Assembly (NCBI RefSeq): GCF_009834535.1
Contig: NC_045697.1
Coordinates: 10,478,001 to 10,542,000, forward strand
Length of the DNA: 64,000 nt
Origin: Camelus ferus
Lineage: Eukaryota
Reading direction: 5' to 3'
Shown here: positions 22,441 through 36,980 of the stretch, piece after piece
Numbering within the stretch: the stretch's first letter is position 1
Layout of the letters: every line of letters begins with the position of its first letter
Program-made: the position numbers and the translations under genes
The notes under the pieces: generated by a model
The model's database searches: none
What the model saw: the letters and a program-made list of their open reading frames with translations, nothing else
What the model was told of the DNA's origin: nothing

Positions 22441-24734
22441 AACAAAAAATAGGTGCATTGAATGAAGAACTAATAAACTAATTTGAGATTCCTTCAGGGA
22501 ACCCACTAGGTTTGTTGAAAACAGCACACATTTTGGGGTTAGACATTTCTAGATTCATAGTTTGGCATCACTCCGTGATCCTGAATGAAATGTCTAACCT
22601 CTCTGAACTTCAGCTTCTCTATCACTCAAATATGGATTATGAACTTACCCTTATCAAAGTGTGGTGAGAACTACAGGAGATGACAGAAACTGACAGTCTA
22701 GCACAGTGTCTCAAATGTAAGCAGTCGCTCAACCAGTGTTGCCACCTTCCTGCTGGCCCCTGGCTGACAATCTGGTGTCCTTCCGGGGCCCTTGCAGCTG
22801 CAGCCACTACAGTCCATCTGCAGATTCTTCACTAGCCCATTCTTCACTTAGGCACATCCTCACGGGATGCAGTCTCAGCTGGACATGAGGATGGATGCTT
22901 GGGACCAGTTCTGATTAGGATTCAGGCTTGCCCCAAGTTTCAGTAAACTCCATCTGCAGATTGTCTTCAGAAACAGGTCCCTGCTAATCCACTGGGTGGC
23001 CTGGCTGTTCTCCTCTCAAGGCTCTGCCTCGTTGTTGGGCTCCCGTGCTGATTTCTGGACCCTCTAATGTCCTTTCCTTGTTCACCAGGACACCCCTTGA
23101 AGTGGCTTCCCCGGGTCAGAAAAATTTTGTTCTTTATGTCCCCTTTCAAAGATGAAATGGACAGAGTTAAAATCAATCTGTGAGACTCTTCCCCCAACAA
23201 GATTCATTTGAGTGTTAGGGGTTACAGCTGATGGAGACCAAAGAGGATGTTGGTCCCAGGTTTTCACCCCACACTGCAGAGAGCCGTGGGCAGCCCTGGA
23301 GGTGGCCGGGGCCTGAGGTGCTGTTTTCTCCTGGCACCACCTGGTACCCTCATTGCCATGATGCTCCATCCCTGCCTCCACTCTCTCTGTAGTCCAATCT
23401 TGTACCTTTGCTGTTGACCATGTATCTCTAGCCCTAAGGACTTCCTGGCCTGCATCCATAAACGGATGTTCCTCAACCCTCTCATAAGTGACACCTCTAC
23501 TAAATTATTGGTTGCTCATAAATCTCATATCTTACTCATAAATCTGCTGTTGCCAGTCTCCCCACTTCATTCTTGTTTGGGCTAGACAAATCCTCTTACC
23601 ATCCCAATTTTTACTCACCATCATACTTACCTAAAGGGCACGGGAATGACTCAGAGCCTGACTTTCCTTTCTGAACTCCCACGGCTCAGTATTTTCCTTC
23701 TGCAATGGTTCATGACTTTATAATATGTGAAGCACACTCTCAAATACAGTTTTGAAATCACAGGCTGAATACTTGGAAGGACACACACATACCCCCCCAC
23801 ACATACTTTTGTGTTATAAAAAGCGGAGTCTTTTAATCCCCAATGGGTCTTTCTTTAGCTCTGCTTCACTGTTTGCATTGACCTGTTTGGTGCCACATCA
23901 GTGTCTCTTATGTGCCTGACAGACAAAGCCAAGCATATATAAAATATTTTGGCAAAACACATTCTTTCTTCGGCTTGACAGCTTTGTTGGAGATGAGCTC
24001 CACCCACAGCCACACATTCCCCGATAGAGGGGATGCAGCTGGGGCCACGTTGATTCATTTCCTGGAATCCCTTTCCCCCTTAAACCAGTTCCCAAGACTG
24101 TGACTTGAGTATCTCAGGTAGAAGCTGTACTGCACAGAACGACTCTGTTTTTGTGGGTTTTTAAAAGGCAAGTAGTTACATACATGGTTAAAAGTTATGT
24201 ATGGCAAATTAAAATTGTATGAAGTAAAATGTTGAAGTCAGCCTAGAGTATGATACATCTTTAAAGGGTATTTTATAAATGCAGTGTTAATCTGACATTT
24301 CCCCACCATGTTTTAAAAATATTTAAGTGGTTAATTTATTTTTATTACCTTAGTCATCATTTTAATATACATATTTTTATCAGTCTATCAGGGACTCAGT
24401 AGCTGGGCGCTACCCGAGAGGCAGTGGTTAGCTGGCCCTCAGCTCACACACATAAATGCATAGAAGGGCTTGAATTGGTCCCTGACAGAGCATTTATCCT
24501 TGAACTTGATTCACATACGTTCACTTTGCCACTTTATCCTCTGATCAAAGTGCAAACAGCACAAGGTAGTGGAAACTGTGGGATTAAGAGACAAGTGATC
24601 CAGTGAACTGGTTCATTAACATCTGTGAATCTTCAGTTTGGAATCTATTTGTAACAAATATAAGTGAATTACACGAATAATAAATGATTAATAAAAGACT
24701 TTGTGGAATCATTATTTTAAAAACAATTGTGCCT

Positions 24735-24987
24735 GCAAATGTTGCTCGATCTCACTTGTGTGTAGAATCGAAAAGAGTCAAACTCATAGTAACAGCAAGT
24801 AGAATGGTGGTTACCAGGGCTTGGGGGGGTGGGCAGAATGGGGAGATACTGGTCAAAGGATGTTGTAAACTCTTAGTTATAAGATGGATAAGTTCTGGGG
24901 ACCTAATGTACAGTATAATGAGTATAATTAATAATACTGGATTGTGTACTTGGAATCTGCTAAGATAGCAGATCTTAAGTGTTCTCA

Positions 24988-25040
<53 letters not shown>

Positions 25041-25190
25041 GGTAACTGTGAGATGATGAATGTGCTAATGAACGTAACGGTGATAATAATTTCACAATAC
25101 ATACATATACCAAAACATCACATTGTACATGTTAAGTATATATTTATTTGTCAATCATATCTCAGTAAAGCTGGAGGAAAAAACCTACAG
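24735..25190 (+). mobile_element. L1 (L1MA-like) 3' end containing a (CA)25 microsatellite
   Basis: gtcaaactcatagtaacag, agttataagatggataagttctggggacctaatgtacag, tttatttgtcaatcatatctcagtaaagctgg. Confidence 0.85.
24989..25038. repeat. (CA)25 microsatellite
   Basis: Directly visible, uninterrupted. Confidence 0.97.
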
Positions 25191-28100
25191 AACCTTCAAC
25201 AGTTATCTATGGGGTTGGGGGAAGACTTAAACAAGCCTGGAGATGCACTTCCAAAGGCAATACGTCTTCTCACCTACCCCACCCCAAGGTCAAGTGAATT
25301 GGGCAGCAAGAGAGAGGACGGGTCATCATCCTGGGTGTGACTCGTGGGTGGGGGAGGTGGATATAGATGCCCAGAGGAGTCTGAACTCACAGTCTGTTGA
25401 AGACCTGAAAATCCTCACCCATTTCTCTTTGTCCTTGGAGACGTTAAAGAAGGAATAGCGCTGTTTGCTTTCTAGGAAGAATCCCAGCTTTGAGAAACAC
25501 ATGATGACGCAACTTTGTTCTGTCAAGAAAACTCACTTGAGACCTCCCAGGAGTCTATTTGATGACATAGTGAAATGTGTGAGTCTTAATAAGAAACATA
25601 AATGTGAAACAACACTTAAAATCTTGATGCACTGTGCAGACCTGCAGGAAACTAACACATGTTGTACTTGACAACAGTCACATGTGTATCAGCCAGTGAT
25701 CTCAGCTGCAACAGCTGATACAACTCTGGCTGGAAATACATTTTCTAGGGAATATCAATCAGAGGCTTCCAGGTTCTCCGGGGAGAGGGGGGCAGGAAAA
25801 CAGTTTGGAAGCCATTTAATCAAGAACAACACCCCAAATCACTCCACAGACCAGTCAGGTAGAAAAGCTGTTCTTGCCCTAAGGAAACTGAGCTGTCACT
25901 TTGTCTCTCCCAAACATGACTACTGTTGTTTCTGGGAGCAGAAAAACCAAAGTGGATGGCACGTGGTGGAGGCACGTGGAGCGAGGCACCTGCCTCCTTG
26001 TCCCCCCAGCCTCACATTCATGATCTCACAGCTCCATCTGATGTCCAGGACCTGATTCTGTAAAATGCTTTGAACAGAGCTCAGTTTCTCTTCCTGTAAA
26101 ACGGAGGTGGTGGCTGAGCTCACCTCTTTGGTTGGTTGAGCATTAAGCAAGATGACAGAGGTACAATTCTCAGAGTGGTGTCTAACACGTACAGCACTAT
26201 CAAGGTTAGTTTTTTAAATAAAAAAAAAATGTTGGAACCTGTTTTTATTCTGGAGGAAATTGCTTGACAAATCTACCTGGTTTGGAAGCTGAGACCTGAG
26301 ACACTGAGGGCCAGCTGAGAAGAGGCTAGGGAACGGCCCTCGTGCAACCAGCGGGTCCGCCACACTTTCTCTCATCCTAGATGAACCTTGAATGGTCTAG
26401 ATGGGTGGCACTTGCCCACCTGAGAGGACTGGGCCAGGGATCCTCCTAAGACTCTCCCCTAAGAGCTGGCTCCCACCTGGACCTGGATCTCGACAAATGG
26501 GATCAACAGAACCACCGCCGCCCAATCTACAAATCAACATATGTAATTTTCACTTTTCAGGCCCACCCAGGGTTCAACAACTTCCGCTGCCACTGCCAAT
26601 CCAAGCCCTGCTCTCCTGTCCACCCCCTACTCTGCTGGCAGGAAGGGTGGGCAGCTCTCCCCGGTGGGATAAAAGCAGAAGACAAAAGTGCTGGAAGGAC
26701 AAGTTCCCTCCCAGGGTAATCAGGGAATGGAAAGAACATGGGAAAAGGGCAAGACTGGGAAGAAACAGGGTTCTTGAAGCTAACTGGAGCCTTCCGAGCA
26801 AGAACAAATCCCTTTGTGAAATCCCCCATCTCAGTCCCATGGAGTCGCATTCCAGGGAGTTTCCCAGAATGGATGGAATAATCAGATCCACGTTGACCGC
26901 AGGAGGAGAAGAGCCCTTTTGGAGCTCTCAGGCCCCTCTTAGTTGCTGGGAACCTCTGACTTTGTCTGGTCCCCGGGGCCATAGAAACCACAAGATTCTC
27001 CAGGGGCAGCCTGCGTCACCTAGAGCTGGGAGGATGGAAGCTCTGAGAAGTCTGTTAGGCGTCCGACCTGAGTCAGCTCTCTAGAACAGGTACGTGAGTT
27101 GTTGAGTCCGTGCTGGCAGATGGGGTTATTATAAGGACGTGCTGTTTCTGAAGTGTCACCTGTGACCATTAACATGCCAAATACTTTCCCAATAAAGCTA
27201 ACAAGATGGACATTTCGGTAATAATGTATTATTATGGAAGACACGTTCATCAAAGTATCAGAACATTCTGGCTGCAGAGCAGAGACTCACCTCCTTCACA
27301 TGACAAGTGATGACATGGAGTCCCTCTCCTGGGAGTCACAGAGGGCAGGTGCTGAGTTGTCGGCAGCAGCTTAGGAGTCAAGGTTTTCCTCACTCCATGT
27401 CTCCCTTTCACATCGCAAAGTCTGAGAACCCACAAACGGGAGGGGTGGAGGTTGCTGACTGTTGTCAAGTATCCATGATTTTCTTCTTCTTCTTTTTTAA
27501 TAAATAGTATTTCCCCACCCTCTCCCCCAACCCCCACTTTAAATTGGGAACATGGTTTCCTGGCCACAGAATGGAGATGGGGGGGTGACAGCAAGTGATG
27601 AGTTTGACAAAGAGCAGGAAAGTGCTGGAACAGCGTGGCTGGGAACTGAGACAGCCGCTCCAACAGCTGGAGCGTGCGGCGTTCTTGAACTTAATTTTGG
27701 AATTTTGGAATCTTGGAATTAATTAGGGCTGAGCGCATGGCCCTGGAATGGTTGAAAAGCATAGCTGGGGCCCCACGCTGGCCCTCCCTGGGATACAGAG
27801 ATCAATTAGGTTGAGTCCTCACCTTGATTACTCATAGTCTAGAGGGAAAAAATAAAATGGCACATTCATTCATTCATTCATTCATTCATCATTCAGTAAG
27901 CTTTATTAAGTAACTTTTATCTATCAGTCATGCCACTAAAACCCACCTAATACCCCTCAGCTCTCCATCCACACCCTCAAAACACAGTTTGTAGTAATGG
28001 TCTGTTTACATGTCTATTTCCTCTCCCATCTCTAAGCTTTTAGAAGACAAGACACTCTTTTTCCTTATTTTAATTCCAATAACATTGTGCTTATTGGTTG

Positions 28101-29250
28101 AAATTTAAGTGTAACATGTTTAAAAACAAAATTAAATCGTAAACAATGAAGTAAAGCAGATCCTATAATCAATACATACAGCAGCAAGTTAACCCAACTG
28201 TATCTCTTATTGACAACTCAACCACTCAAACACAAGGAATTAATTCAAGTCTTGTCTGAACGTAATATCGGGACCGTGCACCTTTATTGGAGTATATTCT
28301 GAGGGCGAAAAAGCCACAAATAAATCTTGAACTTTAATCAGTAGGTTTGTATTGACATATTTTCTGTTTTGTAGGTTAAATCAAATGAGTACAAAGAATG
28401 AATATATAAATAGAAGATAAAAAACACTGTGGTGTTGGATGGCAATTGGAGGGATCACTGTGAACTCATACATATTTGCAGGTGCAAAATCATTTAGCTG
28501 TATTAGTATTTTGCCATATTTATCATATCTCTGAAGTCCTAATTCAGCAGTTGTTGAATGCTTACTATATTCCAGACCCTGTACTAAGCACTTTACATGA
28601 CATATTTCATTTAATCCTCAACATTGCACTTTGCAACATGTCCAATTGTTATTAAAAAGACGAGAAACTTGCCCAAAGTAATGGTAGAGTTAGGTGTGGT
28701 CTGACACCAAATTATGCTTATAATCACAGAGATAAATAAGACACGTCTATCTTAGCCCCATCTTAAAGCACTACATTCACTTGTGACACTAAACCTGATC
28801 TGACCACTGAAATAAATCAACCTTATGGGGGAATACATTTGGAATCACCTAATTGGTCAACAAAAGTATTTGTGCTCATCTGCCATAAAGCATATTCTAA
28901 GGGGCCTGGGAGGTAAGAACTCAGGGTTTTAGACGCAGCTCTGCCAATCCCTGTTACATGACTTTGTGCAAGTACACCAGTCCTCTCTGGGTCTCTGTTT
29001 CCTCTTTCCTAAACTGAAGGAGCTGGAGGACACAAGGAGTCACAGACTCCAATGTCTGCAGGGGTTGACAGGTAACATAAATGGTAAAATGCCCCTGTGA
29101 CCTGTGTCCTATCTATGGTGGCAATGACTGCCCACCTCCAGCCCCATGTTGGGGGGCAGAAGTGCAGGCTTGAGGTCACCTGCTTGTCCAACTTCTCAAC
29201 AGAAGCCAGGAGTCCAGACTTAAGTGATATTTTACAAATCTTCAATTATA

Positions 29251-29310
29251 TAATAATAATAATAATAATGATGATGATGATGATGATAATAATAATAATA
29301 ATAATAATAA
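29251..29310. repeat. Compound trinucleotide microsatellite (TAA)6(TGA)6(TAA)8
   Basis: Directly visible. Confidence 0.95.
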
Positions 29311-29672
29311 AACTTATGTGAGAAAAACAAACAAACCAGTATGCAGCCCTCAGGGCAACATTTTGTAACTTTTGGGGTCAGATAAACTCTGAAGTCCCTT
29401 CAAGGGGATTCTTTGTAGACAATAAAGTACTTCCTTCAGGTGTGAAGCAGTTGGTCCATGCCTTAAATGGTGATGCTCAAAGCTGATTACCTGGTTCAGC
29501 TTCTCAGAACTTTCCGAGGTTACATTAGGATAGTGGACAAGTGGACCTGCTTGGGCTGCCATCTTCTTACCTGTAGAATGAAGAGGCTGAAGGTCTCTGG
29601 GGAAGGGAGAATGAAGCTAATATCCATTGAATACCTGCTATATGTCAGGGACTTGTCATGAATCATACTGTT

Positions 29673-30453
29673 TGTATTAGCTGGGATTCTCCAGAGAAAG
29701 AGAATATCAAAGAGAGAGAGAGACAGAGAATATCAAATGAGAGAGAGCAAGATTGAGATTTATTTTAAGGAACGGGCTTATGTGATTGTGAAGGCTAGCA
29801 AGTCCAGAATCTGCAGAGTGGGACAACAGGCTGGAGACCCAGGGCAGCTAATGGTGCAGTTTAAGTTTGAAGGTCATCTGCTGGCAGAATTCCTTCTCAT
29901 TCAGGGGAGGTCAGTCTTCATTTCACTCAGGCCTTCAACTGATTCGATGAGGCTCACCCACATTATAAAGGGTAATCTGCTTTCCTCAAAGCCCACTGAT
30001 TTAAAAGTTAATCTCATCTACTAGAAAAAACAAAACCCCACAAATACCCCCTCAGAACCATCAAGAATAGTGTTTGACCCTGGAAATAGACTCACAGACA
30101 TAGGAAACAAACTGTGGTTACCAGGGGAGAAGACGGGGACGGGGTAGATTAGGAGTTTGGGATTAATAGATACACATTTCTATATATAAAACAGATAAAC
30201 ACGAGGACCTATTGTATAGCACAGGGAACTATATTCAATTTCTTGTAATGAGCTGTAATGGAAAAGAATCTGAAAAAAATACATATATGTATGTATGTGT
30301 GTAACTGAATCTTTTTGCTGAGCAAACAAAACTAACATTGTAAACTGACTATACTTCAATAAGAAATAAGAATTAAAAAAAAAAAAAGAATGTCTGACTA
30401 AAACTCTGGACGTGGTGGCCCAGCTAAGTTGATGCATAAAACTAGCTATCATA
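29673..30453 (-). mobile_element. MLT2 (ERVL) LTR interrupted by an L1 3' end
   Basis: tgtattagctgggattctccagaga ... gcccagctaagttgatgcataaaactagctatcata; interrupted at ~30080-30387. Confidence 0.85.
30080..30387 (+). mobile_element. 5'-truncated L1 nested in MLT2
   Basis: atagactcacagacatag ... gactatacttcaataagaaataagaattaaaaaaaa; degenerate TSD aagaat..tgac. Confidence 0.85.
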
Positions 30454-33400
30454 TCATTTCATTTTCACCATGATCCAATGAAGTAGATTACTGTCCCCAT
30501 TTTACAGATGAGGAAGCTGAAGCTCTGGGAAGTTTGATGATTTATATAAAAAACAACTAGGGACAGAGCTGGCATTCAAACTCAAGTCTGTCTGACTCCA
30601 AAATTGATCTCTTCACCCCGTTCTATCATGATCCTAGACATTAATGCTACTGTTTGATAAAGGTAAGGTCTACATTTGATAGATTCCAGCATCAAGGGAA
30701 CTGACTGCAGAACCCCGAGCTCCTACTTGGACCCCCATAAGCACTCTACGAGGGGACAGTGTCATCCCTATGTGGCCGGCTCCTTCCTGGGGTCAGGCAA
30801 GGCAGCGGCTTAATGAAGCAGAGAGTCATTTTTCTACACTTGGGTCTTTTTCAGGTTCTTCCTACATTCTATCCCTCAGTGCTTACTGGGCATTGTCTAC
30901 ATGCAGGACATGGTTCTTGGGGGCTGTGGATGCAGAAATGAGACAGACATGTCCTGAGGTTCAAGCTGCTGTGGGTCTGTTAGAGAATAAGGCAAGTGCA
31001 GCGCTGTGAAGGGAGCTGGGTGGGGACCCAGAGGGGAGAGACTTGGTTGTCGGTCCCTCCGACTCTGGGGTCCTAGTCCTTCCCTGGATTTTGTCTCCAC
31101 AGCCTAGCACAATGCCTGCATACAGTAGATGTTGAATAAATGCTCACTGAATGTCTGCATGGATGAGGGAGTAAATAGAAACTATCTACGTACATGTCTG
31201 TACCTCTATTAACACACTTACCTCCTTCAGGGCAGGAACAGTAGCTAAAAATGTGGGCTCACGACTTGGACCATCTGACTTTAAAGTCCAGCCACCCCTG
31301 TTTCTGACTCCGGGATATGATCCGTCCCAGGCTCAGTGCCTTCAGCTGTGAAATAGTGCTAAAAATAGGATTTACTACACTTAGCATGGTGTCAAAGGAG
31401 GTCATGAAATGAACGTGCTCAGTGGAACACCCAGCACAGAGTGAATGCTTTGTAAACAGTCACTATTTCATTTAAATAGTCCGCATTCATTTCCATCTTC
31501 CTGGCAACAGCAGGGCTCGATTAGTAATTGATGGTGATAAATGGGAGAATGAATTCATTTATCTTGGGCCACTGGGGCAGGGCGGCAGGCAGGTCCTCCC
31601 CTTTCTCTTCCTCTCTGGGTTGTTGCATCTCAGCTCACGGTTTTGCCCCCTTTAAATGTCTTGCAGCCCTTGAAACTTAGGAAACCAGTAGAATATGGAA
31701 GCTTGGTGCTGTGAGGCTGCAGACCCAGTAAACTTTCAAGGATCCTTTTCCCCATTAATTTTCACCTAGTCCCTAAATTATTTGCATCTCAAGTGAGTTG
31801 AGAGTGGATGGGGAATTAGTCTTCTTCAAAGCTACATAGATTCCCACCCTCCCTAATAAGGACAGCCTAGCTTTAGCAATTCTCTGACGAACACTCAGTG
31901 ATGTCCTTGAAGATGGGGAGCATTGCTAATTCCCCAAAGTCCTTGCGACACTCTTGTTTGTTCCCAGACCAGAGAAAATCAGAAACCTTGTTTAAGGGAA
32001 CCAAATCTGCTGACTTCCCGCTTCCATCTCCTTCGTTACACAATGTTCTACAAATCAGATGGTAACACTCTGGATGTGACTTGGCGTAGTCACCGGAATG
32101 GCCAGACATAATGTGAAAGGTGTCGACTTATCTTTACATCTCACTCTTTATTTTGGCTTGGCAGAAACTCAGAAGCAACTGGAAAAGCTTACAGAAAAAT
32201 ATGTTCTGCATTTCAATTAACCTTTAGGTACCCTTGTTTGAATTCAGTCAAAAGTTTTTGCCAGAGAGATGTAATAAAATATACTTATTTGAGCCCCCCA
32301 AAAAGCAAAACAAATATATGTGGGGGGAATTAGTAATACATTCTCTATTATTAATAACACACAACATTATTCAGATAATATATAATGTATATTAGAGGGA
32401 CCATATTATAGTAATCATATATAAATTATCAATATAACTATTATTAATGATATTTATCTAAAATATTTTGCCTACATTTTATTTACCTTACATCGCCTTC
32501 ACTTACTTAGCCTTAGAGTGACATGATACTGAATTTTCTCTCTGAGTTGAAGACCAAATGTAGTCAGTTAATAACGTATTCCAAATTAACATGTGAAAGA
32601 AAAATAACGAATATAATCTTTGGATGACAAATTACAGATTGGACTGGTAGAGAATATCAGGGTGCTTAGGGTTTGGTTCAAACTCTCAAGTCGAGGCTCT
32701 GCCTTTCTTGATGATCATAATGTCTTTATTAAAGACTCAATGCTGGGAAAATTTCACTTTCCTTTTGTCAGTGTAATCTGAGGTCATCAGGGAAGTACCT
32801 AAAAGTCCCTTTTTCTCAGCTTCAAAATGCAGATGATTCAGAAAACACTCAGGCTATTTATCTCAGTACTAGAAAATTAATGACAACTCAGCATATCCCA
32901 AATTTTGAAATTTAATACAATTTCTGTTGGATTGACACATTTTATTTTTGTAGGTCTTGGGCTTTTCAGAGAGTAGAAAGAAGATTTGGGGGTTACTTTG
33001 TAATATAAAAATTACAGCAAACATTTATTGAAATCCTTGATGAAATGAAAATGTACTTATGTAAGGTTGATATGTAAGATAATTTTTAGAACTTTGTATC
33101 TAATTACAAAACAAAACTTGTGAAATATGCTACAAAGAAGATGACGAAATAAAAATCACTTCTAATTCCATTACCCAGAGATAATCGCCGATTTCGTGTT
33201 TTTGGTGTAATGCTGAATTGAATGCCTGGCCAAAAGTAAGTCCTCAAAAATTATTGGTTCATTGACTATATTCTCAAATCATTATTATTATGAATGCATG
33301 TATTTTTATATTTTTGAAACATTATAGTCATAGGATGTGAACTGTCTTGTAATCTTTCTGTTAACATGTGCCTCAAAATTACAAGCCAAAATGAGGTTTC

Positions 33401-33482
33401 TGTTTCAAAAGAGTGCCTTCAGAAACACTTTCCTGACTTAAAGCAAGTTGGTGGAAGATCTCTGAATCAGCTTAAGGCACGT

Positions 33483-33840
33483 GTGTGTTGTAGGTCAGGT
33501 TCTCTGGGAAGCAGACTCAGAAGGAGGAGATTTGAGAGTAGGAAGTTCATTGGGGTGCTCTTGGGATCAGCACTTCAGGAGGGGAGGCGAGAGAATCAGA
33601 CGCGGGCAAAAGGAGAAATCAGGCCTCCATTCAGTCTCAGCAAAGACCTCAGCGGATCCCTAAGGGCGCTGGGATGGCCCTTCAGGTGGTCTGTCCCGGA
33701 GGCAAGGGCTGGAACATCGCACAGCCATTGGAGATTGTGACTTTGGGTCTCCTCACCAAGAGCAGTTCTGGAGGGGGCTCAGCTGAGAGCCATTAGCTGC
33801 CAGCACTGCCAGCAGCTGGGAGAGCGAGTAGAGTCTGGAG
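33483..33840 (-). mobile_element. Ancient ERVL-type LTR (LTR16/LTR33-like)
   Basis: ggttctctgggaagcagactcag...gtgctcttgggatcagcac...gagccattagctgccagcac. Confidence 0.6.
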
Positions 33841-36345
33841 CCGGCAGGGCATCTGAGCATCTGCTGGGCTGTGCCACCTACGCCAGGGGTGCTGGGGGTC
33901 CGTCTCAGCATTTCTTCCTTTATATGTTCTGTTTATTAATGCCCTCTGCAGTCTGTCAATATAGGCCAACAGGTGGGCTGTGAATAGGTTAGTATTTTTT
34001 TTCCCATTTAAATTGCTGTCTTCTATTCATTACTGTAGCCCAAATGCCACTGGCTCATTCTTTGAAATATCCTTTGTGAACCTGATTTTTATAAGCTACT
34101 TCACACCCAGTTTGCTAAGGAAAGTGATCACTCTGGGCTGGAACAAACAGAAAAATGAGACATGACTTTAAAGGAATATGAATGACTGGCTCTAGAGTTC
34201 TAAAATTTGGATCCCCATGAAATTCTGAGAGCTTCTAGAAATCATTCTAGAATTATAAAGCACCATTGGCAAACATGTGCATTGTCCCAGGGTCCTCCAG
34301 GTCACTCGGTTTGCTTTAAGTGGTCCTTCAGTCACTGTATCTGCTTTAGATGAATGGTCATAATTTAAGCAGATAAAAGTGAGAACCGGCGTTCATTTCA
34401 CCTGACTGTGGCTAAATGTGAGAACACTTTTGGGTCCACCCATCCAACGGCTGCTTGGTTCTAAAGACTACCCAGTATTTGTTTTCCACTGTTCTCTTCA
34501 GATATGAATGTTGTCTCAGTAAATATTAAATAGGACTATGTTCAAGGAAATCTATTAAGTTTCAAGAGAACTCAGTTGAATGAGAAATGACAGAGGGCTG
34601 CAGGGTCTGGCAAAACTACAGCGATGATCAAAGAGGATTGAGAAGGTGAAAACCTGCTCCAAGTTGAGAGGCCAGTCCTTTGGCCCCCATCCAAGCCACG
34701 TTATGAGATCAAAACGCTCATCTTCCAACAATAAGATGCGAACACTCACCCGTCAGGCAATCTCAGATCTACTGCAAGACATGATTTCCAGAAACCTGGA
34801 GGAAATTCTAGTTACTCCTTGGCTTGTATTCTGGAAACTAGCCAGGCTTCCTTTACAGATATTTGCATTTTTACTCCTTAATTTTATTTCCAGTCTAGGA
34901 CATCAACGATCAATTATGAAACTAATAAATCATGTTAGCAAAAGTTTCCATTTCTCATTTCAAGCTGTCCCAGTGCTAAATATTGTGAGTTGTCACTTAG
35001 CAACAGGAATACAGCTTTCCTTTGATAACACCTGTGGGAATAATCAGCATTTCCTTGGAGTTTCTCTGGATATTTAGGACCACGAAAAATCCCAAAGGCT
35101 GTGTCATACCTCAGCAACCGATTCTAAGTGAACGTCTGGATGGTCCTCACAGCACAAAGTAGAGTGTACATTTTGGTGGATTTCCAGTTAATTTGGTTAA
35201 TTTGCTAGCCTACACAAAAATCTGATTTTTCAGCAAGTCATCTGACCTAGAGTTTACCAATTAGAAGGGTGATATTTTATCCTTCATCTGCCTCAATTCT
35301 TTTTCTGTTTCTCGACCAGGGTCTTCTTTCTTGGAGCCTTTAAGCCCTCAAACATGTTCATTAGGGAAAATCCAGGAACTTCAGAGAAGCACTCAGGAGA
35401 AATGCCACCCATAGTGTCACAATTCAAGGACTACAGTTCAGTATGTGTCCTTCTGATCATTTTTCTTTTTTGAATGAAGGGGGAAAAAAGTAAACCTTTC
35501 TCTTCTTTAGAAACTAGCTGCTCATCTCTAACAATTTTGAAAAATCTAGAAATAGATAACAATGAAAATAAAACTCACTTATAAACTTACCCCTGTGGAT
35601 TTCTAGTATTGTTTCTATGACATTTTATTGGCTTTAAATGGTTGAAGTCATGTTGTAGACATAACTTCCTGACTTGATTTTTCCCTTCAGTTTTAATTTT
35701 TATCAGATTTTGTAGATGCACATAGAGTCAAAATGTTTTTAAAAACTTGTAAAAAAAAAAATCAGTCTCTTGACTTCACCAACCCCCTGTCCTCTGCTCC
35801 AGAAGTAAACTTTTTCAACCCTTTGCTGTATCTTACAATGGATGGTGTCTTAAATTTGATGAATTTAGGTATATATCAAAAGACTTTATTAAAGAGTTAC
35901 TCAATATTCTTGACTCAGATATGTTACTTTCTAATAAAAAATTGGAAACATAAGCATAGATCAAATAGACAAATAGGGCATGGAACCCTCCTGTTAAAAG
36001 ATTCATTTATGTAGCCATAAAAATTAGCTTTAGGAAGATTTTTCAATAATTTGGAAAAGTCTTACTATTGCCGTATTGACAGATATAAAGTGGGCTAGAC
36101 ATCTGATAAAAGATGAGGGCTGGAACACAAGCGTTTACTTTTGCTGACTTCCAAAACCACACCAAATAAGAGTAAGTGAGACATAGAGAGAGACATAAAC
36201 CTTTCAGGATAAAGACTTTGGGAGGAGAGTGAATGGCAACTACATTTTGGAAGGTGTAAAACAATTGATTGAGTGGATGTGGCAAAGTCAAAGGAGCTAA
36301 ATCTAAGCACAGAAGGAGGCCAAAATAATTCAGTTTTACACTGAT

Positions 36346-36804
36346 TATTATGGGTTCAATTGTATCTGCTCCTACCTCCAAATTCATGTGTTGAAGTCCT
36401 AACCCCCAGTACCTCAAAATGTGACTGTATTTAAAAGGTAATTAAGTCAAAGTGAGGTCATGAGGGTGGGCCTTAACTTATTATGGTTATAATGGCTTAT
36501 AATGGATTAATATAATGGATGATCATGGTTATAATGGATTAATATGGTTATGGCCCATTCAATATGGGCCTTAGTCCAGAAGGGACTGGTATCTTTATAA
36601 GAAGAGTTGAGGACACAGACACACACGTGAAAGACACAGAGAGACTGAGAGCCACCTACAAGCTAGGACGGAGGCCTCAGAGGAAACCCACCTTGCTGAC
36701 ACCTTGTTCTTAGATTTCTAGGCTTGAAAATTGTGAGAAGTTTCTGTTGTTTAAGCCACCTGGGCTGTGGCACTTCGTTATGGCAGCCCTAGTCAAATAC
36801 TACA
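36346..36804 (+). mobile_element. MLT1A-like MaLR LTR with an internal 89-bp insertion
   Basis: tattatgggttcaattgt...tctgttgtttaagccacc...tatggcagccctag..aaatactaca. Confidence 0.88.
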
Positions 36805-36980
36805 CTGCAAGTCCCTTAAAAGGAACTGGAAAAACTGATGCCTCTGGAAGTGAAGGGAGGGTGGTATGTAAGACTAGAGGATTCCTTAAATTTTTGTATA
36901 AAAAGTAGTTGAAATCTTCATGTCCACTCCTTGAATTCATCCCTCTCCACCCTGAGAGATAATTGGAGGTTTCTTTTCTT

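Noticed and set aside
26401-27084. Longest N-free ORF (227 aa)
   Set aside because: Pro/Gly-rich with no recognisable domain; overlapping ORFs on both strands suggest chance in GC-richer sequence
34560-35100. Faint RT-like minus-strand translation (KLL..F...C..LEIK; EIA.RVS) and a 143-aa plus-strand ORF
   Set aside because: No YxDD or other diagnostic motif; an HMM search would be needed
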